Source: the human T2T-CHM13v2.0 reference genome, Homo sapiens
Length of the DNA stretch: 64,000 nucleotides
Assembly: GCF_009914755.1 (NCBI RefSeq)
Contig: NC_060928.1
Direction: 5' to 3' (one strand)
Shown: positions 42,761 to 57,030 of the stretch, piece after piece
Layout: every line of letters starts with the position of its first letter
How positions within the stretch are numbered: position 1 is the stretch's first letter
Position numbers and translations under genes: made by a program
The notes under the pieces: generated by a model
Databases searched by the model: none
What the model saw: only the letters and a program-made list of their open reading frames with translations
What the model was told of the DNA's origin: nothing

Positions 42761-44122
42761 TATAATTACAATTTTAAGCCCATCGGAATAGGTTTAATTT
42801 TTTGAGTATTCTTCAGAACAGAAATATGCCTCCCTAATATCATGAACCACCTATTTCCTTTTTGGTTTTAAGAGTTCAGAATATTTAACACATTTTCCAG
42901 ATTTTTCATCTTTTTCTTGATAAATTTAGGTCTGAACATTGTTTCAGATCCTTCAAAATCTTTTTTTCCCAAACTTATATATTCCTCTTGATAAGCTCTA
43001 GTTTGGAAAGATCTCCAGAAGAAAACTTGAATATCAACAGTGCAGATATTTTCCAATTTTTTTTTCTGGAAAGTCTATCCATTATCTAAATTGTTCTCAC
43101 TAGTATGCATTTACTACTACAACCTATTTTTAATTTTCAATTTACGTCCACAAAATAATAGATTTTGGGTGTGTTCACTGAATGTGATGTCAAAATTCCC
43201 AAATTTTTGTCAGCACATGTGTATGTGTCTCTACATATGTGTGTATGTGAGTGTGTGTGTATGTGTGTGCACATGCCCACATATCACTTTGTTAAATCTG
43301 GACTCACTAATATGACCTGTAGCAATATGAGTAAGCTGAAATATTCTTTGTGTCAGCTACTAAGATTATTGCTTCTAACCCAGCCTTGTTTTTCCCTTTT
43401 CAAAAGTAAATGTTTATATCAGAAATTTCTACTACCTTCCAAGCAGCTATTTAAGAACATGGGTAGAAATAAAATAACATAAATGCCCATTTGAAATCAT
43501 ACTCAGAAACAATGAATAAATTATGAGCTTTCAAAGAAAACAATCATCCTATTAAAATGAACTCTATATTGTGTTGTAAACTAGTTACCTTCTTAAGCAG
43601 TAGACATTAAACATTCAAATCCATTTTATTATTCATTTACTGTTTCAAAGATATATGCTAGCCCTCAAAAGAGTTGAGGTATCTCTCTCAAGATTGGGAC
43701 AAAGCTTAACCTAGTTACCTGACTGTGAATTGCCCTAAGTTACAAAATGGTGAAATCAAAATAGGAATTTTCTTTTAAAAAATAGTTATAGACTAGGCTG
43801 AAACCACCCAGAGGTTTTTAATTATTTTTTCTCTTTTGAACAGATATTTCAGATTCTAGATTTCAGAGATTTCAGACTCTAGATATAAGTAGACTTTATC
43901 AATGATAGTATGTCACTCAGTGACAATTAGATAATGTATTCAGAAATCTGTTGTATTTTATTCCTGCATAATTCTCTTACTATACTCCCACAATAAAGAG
44001 TAATTATACCCTGTATAACAAGCAGTACCTGTGTCTGGATATGTGTTTACAAACTCTTAGGTAGAATAAATTATCTCTTTAATCCAAGGTGGGACTTGAC
44101 TTATTGACAAAGGAAAACTTTT

Positions 44123-44267
44123 CATATAAGTATTGCTTATTTGTATTTTTGGAGAAAGTACCTCCCTAAGTTTCCCAAGCTGGACTTGAACTCCTGGGCT
44201 CAAGAGATCCTCCTGCCTCACTCTCCTGAGTAGCTGGAACTATGGGTGCTTATCATCACATCTGGAA
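44123..44267 (-). mobile_element. FLAM (Alu monomer)
   Basis: cttgaactcctgggctcaagagatcctcctgcctca; TSD acaaag(g/a)aaaactttt at 44107-44122 and 44268-44283. Confidence 0.8.
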
Positions 44268-45119
44268 ACAAAGAAAAACTTTTTAATGTGGACCCAATTT
44301 TCTTTTATCTTCTTTCTTAATACTGCCCATCAAATATAATTCTTACAGACAATCTTAATTTCTGAAGGATTATTTTACTGGTGCTTCAGCTATTCTCTGC
44401 CTTATGCAGGAAATGACACAACTTTCTCCTTACTTCCTTGTCCTGTGGGCCTCATATGCAGCGTCTGTTGAAGACGGGCCTCCTGTAGTTAATGGAGGGG
44501 GTCCCAAGTCAAAGAGACAGTGCAGCAAGCCCATACTGTGGGTTTTTAAGACAAAAATAATAATATAAGTATAATTATATTTTAAGATAAAAATATAATG
44601 AGGCTAACTTAGATAATATTTTTAAATAAGTCAAGATTTTAGATTCAGCTTCAACAATCTCAGACACTTTTGACAATAAAAAAGTATCGTGACATTTTCT
44701 TCCTGCACATATAAGTGCTCTCTGAGATCACAAAGATTTATAATTTCAAAAGTAGCTGCTGTAAAGCAGAGGCTGAAGTGCTTTGTCCCTGATCTCAGTG
44801 AGAAAAGTAAAGATCAAAAATTTCAAACTAAAATGGTGTTCACGTGTAAATATTTAGAAGATAACTAGTTTTAGGTTGAACAGGAATATATAAAGATGAA
44901 CTCTAGAAATAAACAGTACTCAAATGCAAAATAATTATTGAGGAGATTTCCACATCGAAGCAGATAAACCATATGCTTTAGGAAATCCCTTTCCATCTCA
45001 CAGATGAATAATCAGATTGATGAGTTTACATAAATGTGAATAATTTTTAGATAAAATTTTTAATCTTTGGGGTTTTTTAATGAGTATTTTATTCACTTTA
45101 CATATTATATCGCAATTCC

Positions 45120-45315
45120 ACAACTTAATGGTTAAATGGATATGGACCTTGGTCGATTATAAAACCTTGGTGCTTCCATTTTATTATATGTAGGTTGAGA
45201 ATAAGAGTACTAACCTGAAATTGTTTTAATATAATTTTTTAAAATCCATTAAAGGAATTTAGAAAATGTCTGCCTCATAAGTGCCCAATAAGTGAGTTAT
45301 TACTATTATTATTAA
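45120..45315 (+). mobile_element. MIR
   Basis: gaccttgg...ttcc attttatta...tgcctcataagtgcccaataa...tattactattatta. Confidence 0.5.
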
Positions 45316-47788
45316 GTGAAATATATCATCCATGTGTATAAATATAAGCATAGTGTCAACTCCTTACATAAATTCAGAATTTACAATTTGTGATCGTCAG
45401 CAGCTCATATGGTATGACTCTGCTTTGATATTGAGTTGTTTTTATGATGTTAGATTGTTAGGGCTATGCTACCAAATTATACAAGTTTTATATTGCTGAC
45501 AATTATACAACAGAGAATGTAAGGGAGTAAAAAATCTATTGTACTTTTTCTAAGCATGTGAAACGTTTTCATGGTCTTAGGGGGTAGGAAAAGGAAACAT
45601 AGTTTTCCAGTATCATTTTATCCAATTCTCATAATACTTTACACTTAGGTGAATAGGAGAGAGGAAAGGAGAGGCAAGAGAAGCTCTGAAATGTTAATTT
45701 CATCATCTCCAAATAAATATACTCTGAAATGTTTTTCCAAAAACTCCTTTTTGCTTAGAGCAAACATTTCTCCCTTGTGTGTTTGCTTCAAGGAAATAAT
45801 GTATCGTCCTATAAAGAACAGAAACTAACACTTACCAGACTAATAAATGGGATTATAGGCTAAAGTGTATAAATAGAACATCTCTGATAAAAGAAAGAAA
45901 AATAAATTTTATGCCAACAGATCCCAACTTGAATAAAATATTCCCTCAAACAAAGATATAGCAATTGAGTTTGCAAATCCCTTTGGATGTCACTTAAGAG
46001 AACATTTGGGCTATATTCTGTTTCTCTTTGAAGCTTTCCTTCCAGGCAAGTAGCAGGTGGATTATGTATTAGAAAAGATTTTGTCTGGACCATTTCCAGA
46101 CATCATTATGTACATACTTTGATAAATCTTTACTGCAGGAATATGTAGGTTGAATTCCTGATGAAACCTGAGCAGAGAAGGATGTTTGGTAATTTCCAAG
46201 TGAAATAAAATACAGGTGAATTCATTGTTGCTGGTAGAAGATTTTTTTAAAATTAGCTTTCAAACACCCTATTTTGCAAGTTGCAAAATAAATATTTAAT
46301 AGGCTGGCATAGACTTATAACTGAAATGATAAAATATACTAGATAAACTATCACCTGCAAAAGAAATCTGTATTTATTGCTTAGAAAGTGACAAAGCCAA
46401 ATGGCATTGATTCTGGCATAATGAACTATGGCCTTCATCCATCTGTTTGGAACTTGATTCAGAAATCAATACATTGTTTGCCTGGAGAAGTCCAAGATAT
46501 TCTCTGAATTTAGACACAGGGCCTCTAGATTGCTGATGTGATTAAAGAATAAACAAAGTAATTTATTGAAGCTTTATTTTCCAACATAGTGTAGAAGGAA
46601 GGTTTGTAGTTTATACAAGTATTTCTGATCAAACTTTGGTCTTCATTTTTTTTTGTTTCAATTCTTGCAACTTTATTATAGGACAGTTTGAAAAATTATA
46701 TATTTTGAGACTCTCTGCTGAATTTAAGGGAACAGCATTTGTACTTATTTGTTTAAAACCTAGCTCTAGTACGATGTGACCTTTCTTAAATTATCAATAA
46801 ATATTTATGATGCAATATTGCAATTCAGTTTGAAAACTGTTTTGTGACCTCTACTTTGCAAGGCTGGGGGTATGATATGCTTTATATATTTGTTGAAGGT
46901 CTTACAGATTTGGGGATTATTTCAAATTCATCTAAATTGGTTGATAGGAAATTTTCATTCTTGACTAAAGATAAAAGCTATTAAATCTGTATTGAAATAA
47001 CAAAACAATTTTCAAATATTAAAAATTACTCTACATTAAGAATTTCATGGGCATTAGTGTAGTACCTTAGGAATCTGAAACATCGATTTTTCTTCAATTA
47101 AAATAACTTCACATGAAACAAAATGAACTTTGCTTTATTCTATCAAATATAAATTAAAATTTTGTTGACAATAGAAAACAACTGGTTCTCACTCCGTGAT
47201 ATGATCATGGAGCAAAGTCTTAATACACATTATTTCCCTCTAATCTAAGTGGTTGTTAAAAATGTGACTTTTTGGGAATGTAAAGGCAATAGCTCTCTGA
47301 GTCCCCTGCTTATGTATCTGTCCTTCAAAGACATTTTCTTTTCTGACACATTTTTTATTCTTCTTATCATGATGCCCAGATTAAGTCATTAAGCAAAAAT
47401 AAATATGTTGAGAAAATAGCATGTTTTAATAGTGAACCAAAAATAAATTGCTGAAAAATAAGATTTATGGAAGGAATATGATACAGTTATAATATGTTAT
47501 GTAAACTGCTAGTTTATGTATTTATAAAAAAAAACCTAAATATAATGAAGAATTTTGACTATAATACAGATATCTGCATTATCTATATAGGTTTACATTA
47601 TAGATTATATGATATGTTTTATATATATATAATTAGGTCACATATTTGAATTTTCATGCATTACACCTCCAGTGTATATTGTCATTTTCATTAATCATAT
47701 AAAGATGACTACATTACATGTTTTTCTTCTGGATGGGGGATAGGTAATTAAATAAGTGACTTGTATTAAAAAATTATTCAAGTTTCCT

Positions 47789-48232
47789 TGTGAAAATATA
47801 GTAAGAAAGGCTTTATTCATGACCATTATGAAAGGTATTGGACAATTGCAGTGAGAATTTATCAGAGAGATTGGGCTCAACTTGGCAAATAGGGATTTCT
47901 GACCAAGGAAGAAGATCAGGGGTGGTCAATAGATGTAAAATTACTGAAAGAGAACATCACAAATAAGAGAGGATTCTGGCTAAAGCAACCTAACAGGATT
48001 CTTGTCGAGGGCAGGCCAGGGTGATCGGACAGTACTGGGGGAATGGTGGAGGATGAGAACTCAGCTATAGATCAGATATTGAGGATGACCAGACAGCAAG
48101 AGTGAGGGTTCTTGCTAAACTGACTTAGCAGGGTTATTTTCTAAGACTGAATTTTACAATGAAGTGCACAAATGGGCCCAGGAGAAGGTTCAGGAGGCTG
48201 ACTAAAGTTTAGTCAGCAAAAAATCCTTGTCA
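47789..48232 (-). mobile_element. ERV1 solo LTR (MER31A/B)
   Basis: Reverse complement begins TGACAAGGA...GACTAAACTTTAGTCAG.CTCCTGAACCTTCTCC...GGCCCATTTGTGCACTTC, matching the recalled MER31 consensus. Confidence 0.85.
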
Positions 48233-50175
48233 GTGGGATCAATTCTTATTGTCTCTTTCTCTCTCTTTCATTCCATACAAAGATAGGTCTTAGTTAAAGT
48301 GCATTTAAAAATACATTTGTACCAGAAAAGGTAATTCAAACTGAAAATAATAAAGAGAATCAACATTCTTACTTACACCATTTTATGTTTAGTGATCCCA
48401 ATTGATTATAACTTGAAGAAAACTGACTGTAGGCTTGTACCATTTTCTTACAGAGGTCTATAACATTCCATCACAATCTTAAAACCCTCTTCACAGAGCT
48501 TAGGAAAAAAATCTCCATATTCTATTAATTGTCTTTGATGGTAATCATGAGTCTACTTCAACTAAAAGTTCCTATAGGAGAATCTATTTTTCTATGAAGC
48601 TGTTTATTGATGGTATGAAAATGTGAAATAATGTCTGCTGGATTCAGGATTGGGTTATTACACTGATATTATTGATTTATGATAAGCCTGAAATTGTTTA
48701 TAAGGCAGTTTTCGACTTCTGATATGGTTAGAAAATAAAAAATTCTGTTTAATACAAATATTTAACAATTTAATATGTAAAGTTTATACAAACAACCTCA
48801 TTTAAAATTTTTGAATATAAAAATTATATGATTATAAATTATGAATACATAAGAAAAACATGAGACCAAAAATGGTTTTCAGCTGTTGCCTAGGGATTTT
48901 TTAATGACTTTTCAAGTTGCAAAACTCATTATACCTTAGTATTTTTAACCAATTTCTGATGTTCAGTATAATAAAGTATAGAAATTTCAACTTTTCAGAG
49001 AAATATACACTTCAAATGTAATTTGGACTTGAAAAATATGTAATATATTTTAAGAAAACTACATTATCAGACTGGGTTAGTTTATAGGTATAAAGCATAA
49101 TATTAATAATTTTAAAGTCCTATGGGGAAGATGAAACAGGATGTCTTATAATATCTGACAATACACTAATTACCAAATACTAGTTATAATTCTGAGGCAT
49201 AAAAAAGGAGTAAGATTATGAAGAAAAGATATATTTGATTTTTCTTTTCAAAGGGATGAATTTGACAGCAGCAGTCAGTATGCCTGCCCTTTAGCCTTGC
49301 TCTTTCCCTGAGATGTTAAGCTCAAGAATTACTTTTCTTAGATTATGTTCTCTGTTACCTCAAATCAGAGGGCCTATTCTATTTGGAAAACCCTGAAAAC
49401 ACATTAAGTGCTTTCAGATCTCAGGACATTACCTGCTCAAATTTAGGATTACCTCGCCAATATCCTGTGCTTTGTGAAACGAACACATTCTGTGAACTTA
49501 CCCTTTCTGTCAGATATTGGTCTGTAAAGCCTCTCTGAAATAAGCAGAAAAGTCAAAGATAAAAATCTCAAAATCTCACTAGCTCATCTCCATGACTTGA
49601 TTATTTTGAACACTTTAAAAATGATTCTTTAAAAAATGCAGGAGAAGCTTATTTAATGGGTTTGAGGATAAAAACAAAAGTAAAGAAAATATGGTACCAA
49701 ACCTCATTCTTCTGTTCTCCTATCTTTACATATTAAATTTGCCAACATCTTTATTTTATATACTTGAATTATGAGATAATCAAAGTAACAACTTAGTAAC
49801 AGGGCTCCGAGTAAAACCAAATTTCCCTGAAACTACACTCACTTTTTCAGGGTCAGGGATTTATTAATGTTCTTGTTTCCTCATATGTATATATATTATC
49901 TTTTTTTTTTCAAATAGGAGAAAATTTCCTTTCTAAACAGGGAGGATATTATTGCCTGGTAATTTATTCTACCAGGAAAATAATGAAACGTACTATTTTC
50001 TTCAACATGCAAATGGTATCAAGAAACTGTTCACTGACTGTGAAGAAGGTTCTTTTAAAGTTGATATTGAATGAACAAATTGTAAATTCTTAGAAATTAA
50101 GATCAAAGTCTTACAACTAGTATTTTGCTTTGTCTATGTAGATATGCTGTTAGAACATATCATGTATTTAAGTGC

Positions 50176-50292
50176 AAGAAGAAAAAGAAGGAGGAGAAGA
50201 AGGGACAGAAGAGTAGGGAAAAATAAGAGGAGAGTGATAGGAGAAGAGAAGGAGGGAACAAGAAGTAAGAAAATACAATAGGGGAGAAGAAA
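50176..50292. repeat. GA-rich low-complexity tract
   Basis: Near-pure purine run on the + strand. Confidence 0.8.
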
Positions 50293-50420
50293 ATGTGTTC
50301 TTTTATGTGGATTATCTAAATGTAAATCTCCCTTCTTTAAACTCTTTATGTCAAAGTGATATGTTAGCAAGAAAATTTAATAAAGTATTTCTTTGAAATC
50401 TGTACATTTTAATTTACTAC

Positions 50421-50457
50421 TATTGTATGGTGACCTTATAAGTGTCACCATACAATA
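50421..50457. repeat. 37-bp near-perfect palindrome
   Basis: tattgtatggtgac-cttataag-t-gtcaccatacaata. Confidence 0.92.
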
Positions 50458-53400
50458 TGCTTTACATGATGCAGTATAGAAGTAATTCACATGAAGTTAA
50501 TACATGTCTTGGGGTTGCTTTTTAAAATCCAATAATAAAGATTAAAGAAGATGTTTAGAGATCAAAAAATATTTCAGTAAACATATGTTTAATTATTTCT
50601 TCTGCTGATATAAGAAAGGAACACTTGGGTCATTCTCTTTTTCCCTGATGAGAGAAAATTAAACTTTTGCTAATGATAAAATATATATACATATTACACA
50701 AAATATTAAATATGTTCATGTAAAATGTTTCCTACAGCATTCTTTTTATAAATTTAGGCTATTGAATCATTTCTACTCAATTTGCTTATGAAAACCAAGT
50801 GCCAAAGAGGATAGTTTGCAAAGTAAAATGCTTGTTGTTGGCAATGGAAATGCAAATTTTAGGACAAATTTTATTAAAAAGCAGTAATTATTTTCTCTAC
50901 TGAAAGTGTTATATTTGAAGAGAGGGTTTGGAGACTTTTATTATTTAGAAGACTTTCCCAGTTCCACAATTCCTCATTTTGGAAAGATGAGTTTCATAAG
51001 TAAACAAAATTTAATACTCTTTGTAATCAAACTACAAAAATTCTCACTTCTGTTAAAGATGCAATCCCATTTCCCATTTGTTATTTTAGAAACAGCATCT
51101 TAAACTTTAGTAAAAGCTTTAATACCAAAGGTATTATGTCTTCTATTTGAAATAACAGTGAAACCAAAAGGAGCCACTTCTGGTATGAACAAAATATATT
51201 TTGTTATGTTTCACTTAGAATGCTTTCTGGATAAAATAAAGAACAAACAAACTAGTTCATGTCTCTAGGTGTTGGCTATAAATGTAAGTCAGGTACATGA
51301 AAGATCATCAACATGCTTCCTGTTAACATTTCACCTTATTTGTTTCCTCAGGTTAAAGAAAGATGAGCATTGTGTCCTCAAGCCTGGAACTTGGAGCACA
51401 TGTGCTTTATCTCTTTCTAAACACTTAAAAATATATATGTGCAGATATTTGCATCTTCTTGCATAATTCTTCAATGGTTTGTTCACTAAAAACTGCTGCC
51501 CTTCAGCAAGCAAATATACTTGTCTCTGCCATCTTAAAAAAACAAATGCCTCTCTCTGAACTTTACTCTTTTCTAACAACATTGTTCCTCTACATTTATC
51601 AATTTATAGAGGCCTCAGGATCAATAACATGAAAGTATTAACCAGAAATGAAAAGACTTTAAAAGTAGCAGAGAAGGAATGACTTGAAGAAATTTCTCCA
51701 TTCATCCCCCAAACCACTTCCCTACCATACATACAGAGACAGACATTAAAGAAAGTGGTCAGCAATATAAAAGACAAAGAAAAGATCAAAAGTGCAAAAA
51801 AGTGCCCAATGAATTTAATGACAAATATTTCCTCTATGATTTTCTTTTTTTTTTCAAATTTTACTAAAAGCAAAATGTGCCCTTTTATTGTAATGTATAT
51901 TCATTGTTCTTCCTTTCTCATATATTTCTGATTTTAACGTGGTAGGAAAACATGTCAACCCAATTCATATCAAACACTAGAAATTAACAATTAAAGAAGT
52001 ATTTTCCGCTGTTAAATTGTGTGTATTTAGTGACATTAGGAGTAAGCATTATTTTATTTTGTATCTAAAATCTTTACATATAATCTTTATACCTATTTTG
52101 ATGTCTAATAGTTTTGCCTAGTTTCCACACAATGTAAAATCTAAAATAAAAGCAATAACAAGTCTCTAAGAAGTTTTAACGAAGTTGTTACCCATATATA
52201 TGCAATGTTCTCTAAATTCCCTTTACTTTCTATAATAAATATCACCTTTTTCACAAACCTCCATTTCCTCTGATGGCAGACAGAAAAATACCTAGAGGAT
52301 TAAATATTTCACTATTCTACATCTATTTTTTATTTCCCTCAATCTAAGTAAGTTCCATTTGGGCAACTTATTCAGTCAGTTAAGTGTTCGATTTTCCCAC
52401 CCAATCTTTCTTCTGTCGTCAGTTCCTGTGTGTATGAGAACAGAGAAATTATTATTTTTCCTCAAGGAGAGAGCTCAGCCACTATCTACAAGTTAACACA
52501 TACCACAGTTGGGTTTGGCTCTTTTCAGCTGGTGTGTGGGGAAAGCTCTCTTCTTGTTGTAAGAGAGCTGGATGCTTGCAGTTAATGAACCATTCTGTGT
52601 GTTCTCTGGGCACTGTGATAGTTCCCAGGAAGCTGGGCTGCAGCTCTTGCTTGACTTGATACCACCCAGGCTCTCACTGGCCTGCGGATACCCTGATGTC
52701 CATCAGCAAATATGGTAGAAACTTGGCTTGAAGATCCTCCCTGTAGCGTTCAGGTAAAGGACCCTTCAGCCTCTTGCTGATGAGCCCTCCCTGCTATCTC
52801 AATCGTTTTTCGAGGTCTGTCACAGCACATAAGACTTTTGTAGTCCTCCAGTCACTACTGAGCTAGAGAAACCAAGGAATGTTACCCTGAGGGGAGAATC
52901 TTGGATCTGCTCTTTCTGATCTCCTCTCCTGCACTGCTCTGGGGTTAGCAGGGAAGAAGTCAAATCGTGCAGGGATTCCGGGAGCCTTTTATGCCTCCCT
53001 GTCTCAATTCCCATTCTTATACTGCATGTGCTGGAACCTTGTTCATCCTCTTTCCTCATAGCCCGTTCTCTTTGCACTGTAGTCTTCAACACTGCCATCT
53101 GTCAGGCCTTCTTTTTACCTAGACAACTGAGAAGTGGTGTTATATCATGCATTGAGTTCTTTCTGCTTTAAGAGTCTTCATTCAGACACCAAAGTATTGG
53201 TTCTTATAAGTAAAAGGCCTTCTCATTTAATACAAGCAGAATTTCAAAACTATTGCTACAAAGTTATTTCAGAATTGTAAATATTTAATTGTACTGCAAA
53301 ATTATTTTCTATATGAGATAAGGATCTATTTCTAGAGATGAGCTTCCACTTTTACCAGGGCCGTATATTAACTCACCCATTATTTTTTCACTGATTAAAC

Positions 53401-54069
53401 TAACAAGTATATTGAATATTAACTTTTCATGTATACTGAATTATCTTCTTGGAAGTCTTATTTTGCTTTTGTTTATTTATTTTGCTATTTATTTATCTAT
53501 GTTAGTTACATTATAAAATCTTCATCATATATTATAAAATGTGGTAAGGCAAGTTCTTCTTAGTGACCTTTTATTGCTAATATATTGAGTTATTCTAATA
53601 ATTTATTATCCTCTATTAATTCAAACATTTTTAATATAATTCAGAAAACCTAATTATTTAAATTTTAAAAGTAAATTTATGTAAAAATAAAGATAATTTT
53701 ATGTTTTATAACAACAAATCTCCCTCTTCAAGAATATCATACATTTCAATTATTCATTTACTATTCTGAGATTTTTTTAAAACTCTTATATTACATATGT
53801 TGGCTTCAATGTTCAATCATTAGGTGAATTCATTTTTCCTCAAAACTGCATTTAGTAGCCTGTTCTAGGGGGCTAGTATTTTCCTTGCTCTGGGAATCTA
53901 AATCTAACGTAGGCTACATGATTTTTCTTATCACTCTCAGATAATAAAGTATCTTAGTCACTTTAGTCCCTATATAAATCTTATTTCAGTGTATAATAAT
54001 TAATTTTATTCATATATTCTTTCAGCAATTCTGATCGAGAAGCTCTCACATGACAGAGATCTTTTAGGC

Positions 54070-54180
54070 CCCACATGTACAGAAGTTAAGGAACAAATAA
54101 AGACAAAAATAAGATAATCTCTACCCTCAAGAAACTTACATTCTAGTTAGGGGGAGCAGACAATAAACACATAATAAAGC
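54070..54180 (-). mobile_element. L2 fragment
   Basis: ccctcaagaaacttacattctagttagggggagcagacaataaaca. Confidence 0.7.
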
Positions 54181-54204
54181 CAAGTAGAGTTCCTCAAGTA
54201 TGTT

Positions 54205-54349
54205 GATCCCAGAATTTTGGGAGGCTAACGTGGGAGGTGGGAGGATCATTTGAGCACAGGAGTTAGAGACCAGCCTGGGCAACATAATGTGACCTTATCT
54301 CTCCAAAAATAAAAAAAAAGCTGAGCCTGGTGGCAGAGTGCTGTAGTCC
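54205..54349 (+). mobile_element. AluJ partial (left arm and start of right arm)
   Basis: atcccagaattttgggagg...gagaccagcctgggcaacat...ctgtagtcc, then abrupt end. Confidence 0.85.
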
Positions 54350-55133
54350 TTTCTCCATTGCTTGTTTTTGTTGGGTTTGGCGAAGATCAGATGGTTGCAG
54401 GTGTGTGGTGTTGTTTGTTTCTGAGGTCTCCTTTCTGTTCCATTGATCTATATGTCTGTTTTTGGTACCAGTACCATGCTGTTTTGGTTACTGTGGCCTT
54501 GTAGTATAGTTTGAAGTCAGGTAGTGTCATGCCTTCAGCTTTGTTCTTTTTGTTTAGGATTGTCTTGGCTATATGGAGATTTTGATTCCATATGAGATTT
54601 AAAGTAATTTTTTTTCTAATTCTGTGAAGAATGTCAGTGGTAGTTTGATGGGAATAACACTGAATGTATAAATTACTTTGGGCAATATGGCCATATTCAT
54701 GATATTGATTCTTCCTATCCATGAGGATGGAATTTTTTTTCATTTGTTTCTGTCCTCTCTTATTCCTTGAGCAGTGGTTTGTAGTCCTCCTTGAAGAGGT
54801 CCTCCGCATCACTTGTTAGCTGTATTCCTAGATAATTTATTCTCTTTCTAGCAATTGTAAACAAGAGTTCATTCATGATTTGGCTGTCTGCTTGTCTATT
54901 GGTGTAAAGGAATGCCTATGATTTTTGCACATTGATTTTGTATCCTGAGACTTTACTGAAGTTGTTTATCAGCTTAAGGAGTTTTGGGGCTGAGACAATG
55001 GGGTTTTCTAAATATACAATCAAGTCATCTGCAAACAGAGGCAATTTGATTCCCTCTCTTTCTATTTGAATACCCTGTATTTCTTTCTCTTGCCTGATTG
55101 CACTGGCCAGAACTTCCAATAATATGTTGAATA
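54345..55133 (-). mobile_element. L1PA internal ORF2 fragment
   Basis: Minus-strand ORFs with [15 protein letters not shown] and [21 protein letters not shown]; no 3' UTR. Confidence 0.93.
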
Positions 55134-56840
55134 TGATACATTGGTATTTTCAACAATTTTTTTTCATCCTAGAGTAACTGAATACTTATACTTTAACTGG
55201 TTTTGCTTATTTTCTGGTAATATTCAGGTTCTCACCATATCCATACAAAAAATAGTTCATGGGTCCACCAGATAAACTTGCCAACTTTTGATATATGACC
55301 ACAAAGAAAACCCCAAAATAAATCTCTATTAATGGCACATTTAAAGACATCTTATTCATCTAATTTAATGTAAACTTTAAATGTTATAAATATATATTAT
55401 ATACATTTATATGTTACATATTATATATTATATGTCATATTCATATCCCAGTAACCAGACTTATGGTACATGTATTCTTTATTACTATTGTTTGAGATCT
55501 GGCTGCTAAAGCAGAAGATCCCTTTAGATATCATATGCCTTATATTCTTTCTACTTCTGATTGCTGAAAACACATTGCAGGACATACACAAGACAATTTA
55601 ATTGTATTGTCATTAAGAGACACACTACAATTCCCAGAATGTTCCTTTACAAATGTTATAAATCATTCAATTTAAGGGAAAGTGAAATGTTTCTTTAAAT
55701 TGTTAGAGAGCTTTAGGGAAATGGTCTTACTTTAAATATTAATATGAATCTTATTTTGAATAATAATATTCTGATTAATGTGTCTGACTCATTAAATGAA
55801 ATGGTACTATTAGGAATTAATCAAAAATAAATATTATTTATTCAAATGTATATTACTCTGAATACATCATATATAAAATATAAACGTCACATATTCTTCT
55901 TCTTTGGACTAAATTATCCAACTCATTCAAGGTTGTCCACTCAAGGTAGATAATATACAGAAAGTAGAGCTTCCTTTTAGTGGCCCCTTTACTCAAGTAA
56001 GCCACACTGACATCCTGAAATACCCTACAGCCAGACTAAGGGAAGCTTAAGGGAAATTGAATTCACTTTGCCAGTCAATCTTGGACTAGTGTTTCCATGT
56101 TATTAATAAAGCATGTTGGTTTACCTCTTAAATTCTAGCTTGTTTCCCTATTCATCAGACCATTATTATACTAACTCTTATCTGTTTATAAATCCTCAAT
56201 CTGTTGTGAAAAAATATCTTTTAAAAGACAATTTAGCACTGCAAGTTTCTTGTTACATCAAACAGAGAAAAGTCTCTTATGAAAAGGGAACAAATAATTA
56301 TGAAGAGATGTAAAATATGAGAGTATCACAGGATAAATCTTAGGGGTGTATGAGAGGTTCAATCTTAAAAATATTTTTCTGAGAAATTTATGTCTACTTT
56401 ACATTTATATCAATCTGAAAAATGATCAACAAAAAAGAAGGAAAATTGTTTTAGATTTCAATTTACTATTAATATATATCTACTATTTACTATGTGATTC
56501 TGAGTTCCACTGCTTGTAAAATAATTTTGTTACAGGAGAGAACATATAAATATTTGTGTATAATTGGCACAGAGCTTATGTTAGCCTTACTACTTACATG
56601 TGTCAAATCCACTTGACAGCTCTCAGAAACTCCATCATCCTGAGCTAGTCCAAGACATAAATTTTGTTCTATTTCTGGCTAGACTCAAACTTTCCTATTA
56701 ATGTGTTAGTCTTTTAAAGAAAGCCACTGATCTTCCAATGGTTTCAAAGAGTTAATTTGCTTTTTAAATAACTGATTTTCATGGCTTCATTTGGATGTAT
56801 GGGGACTGGTGAAAATCAAATGCTATCTTACCTTCTAGGC

Positions 56841-57030
56841 CAGGGATTCTCAACCTTGGCACTATTGGCATTTTGCAGCAGCTAATTCTTTGTTATGAGA
56901 GGTTGTTATGTGCCCTGTGGAATAATGAACAGCATACCTGGCCTCTATCCATTAGACACCAGTAGCCCCACTATTCCCAGTCATGACAACCACAAATATT
57001 TCTAAATGTTGTCAAATGTCTCCTGTGGGG
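56841..57030. mobile_element. MER20 (hAT-Charlie DNA transposon relic)
   Basis: ttctcaaccttggcactattggcattttg...ctggcctctatccattagacaccagtagc...tgacaacc...aaatgtctcctg. Confidence 0.85.
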
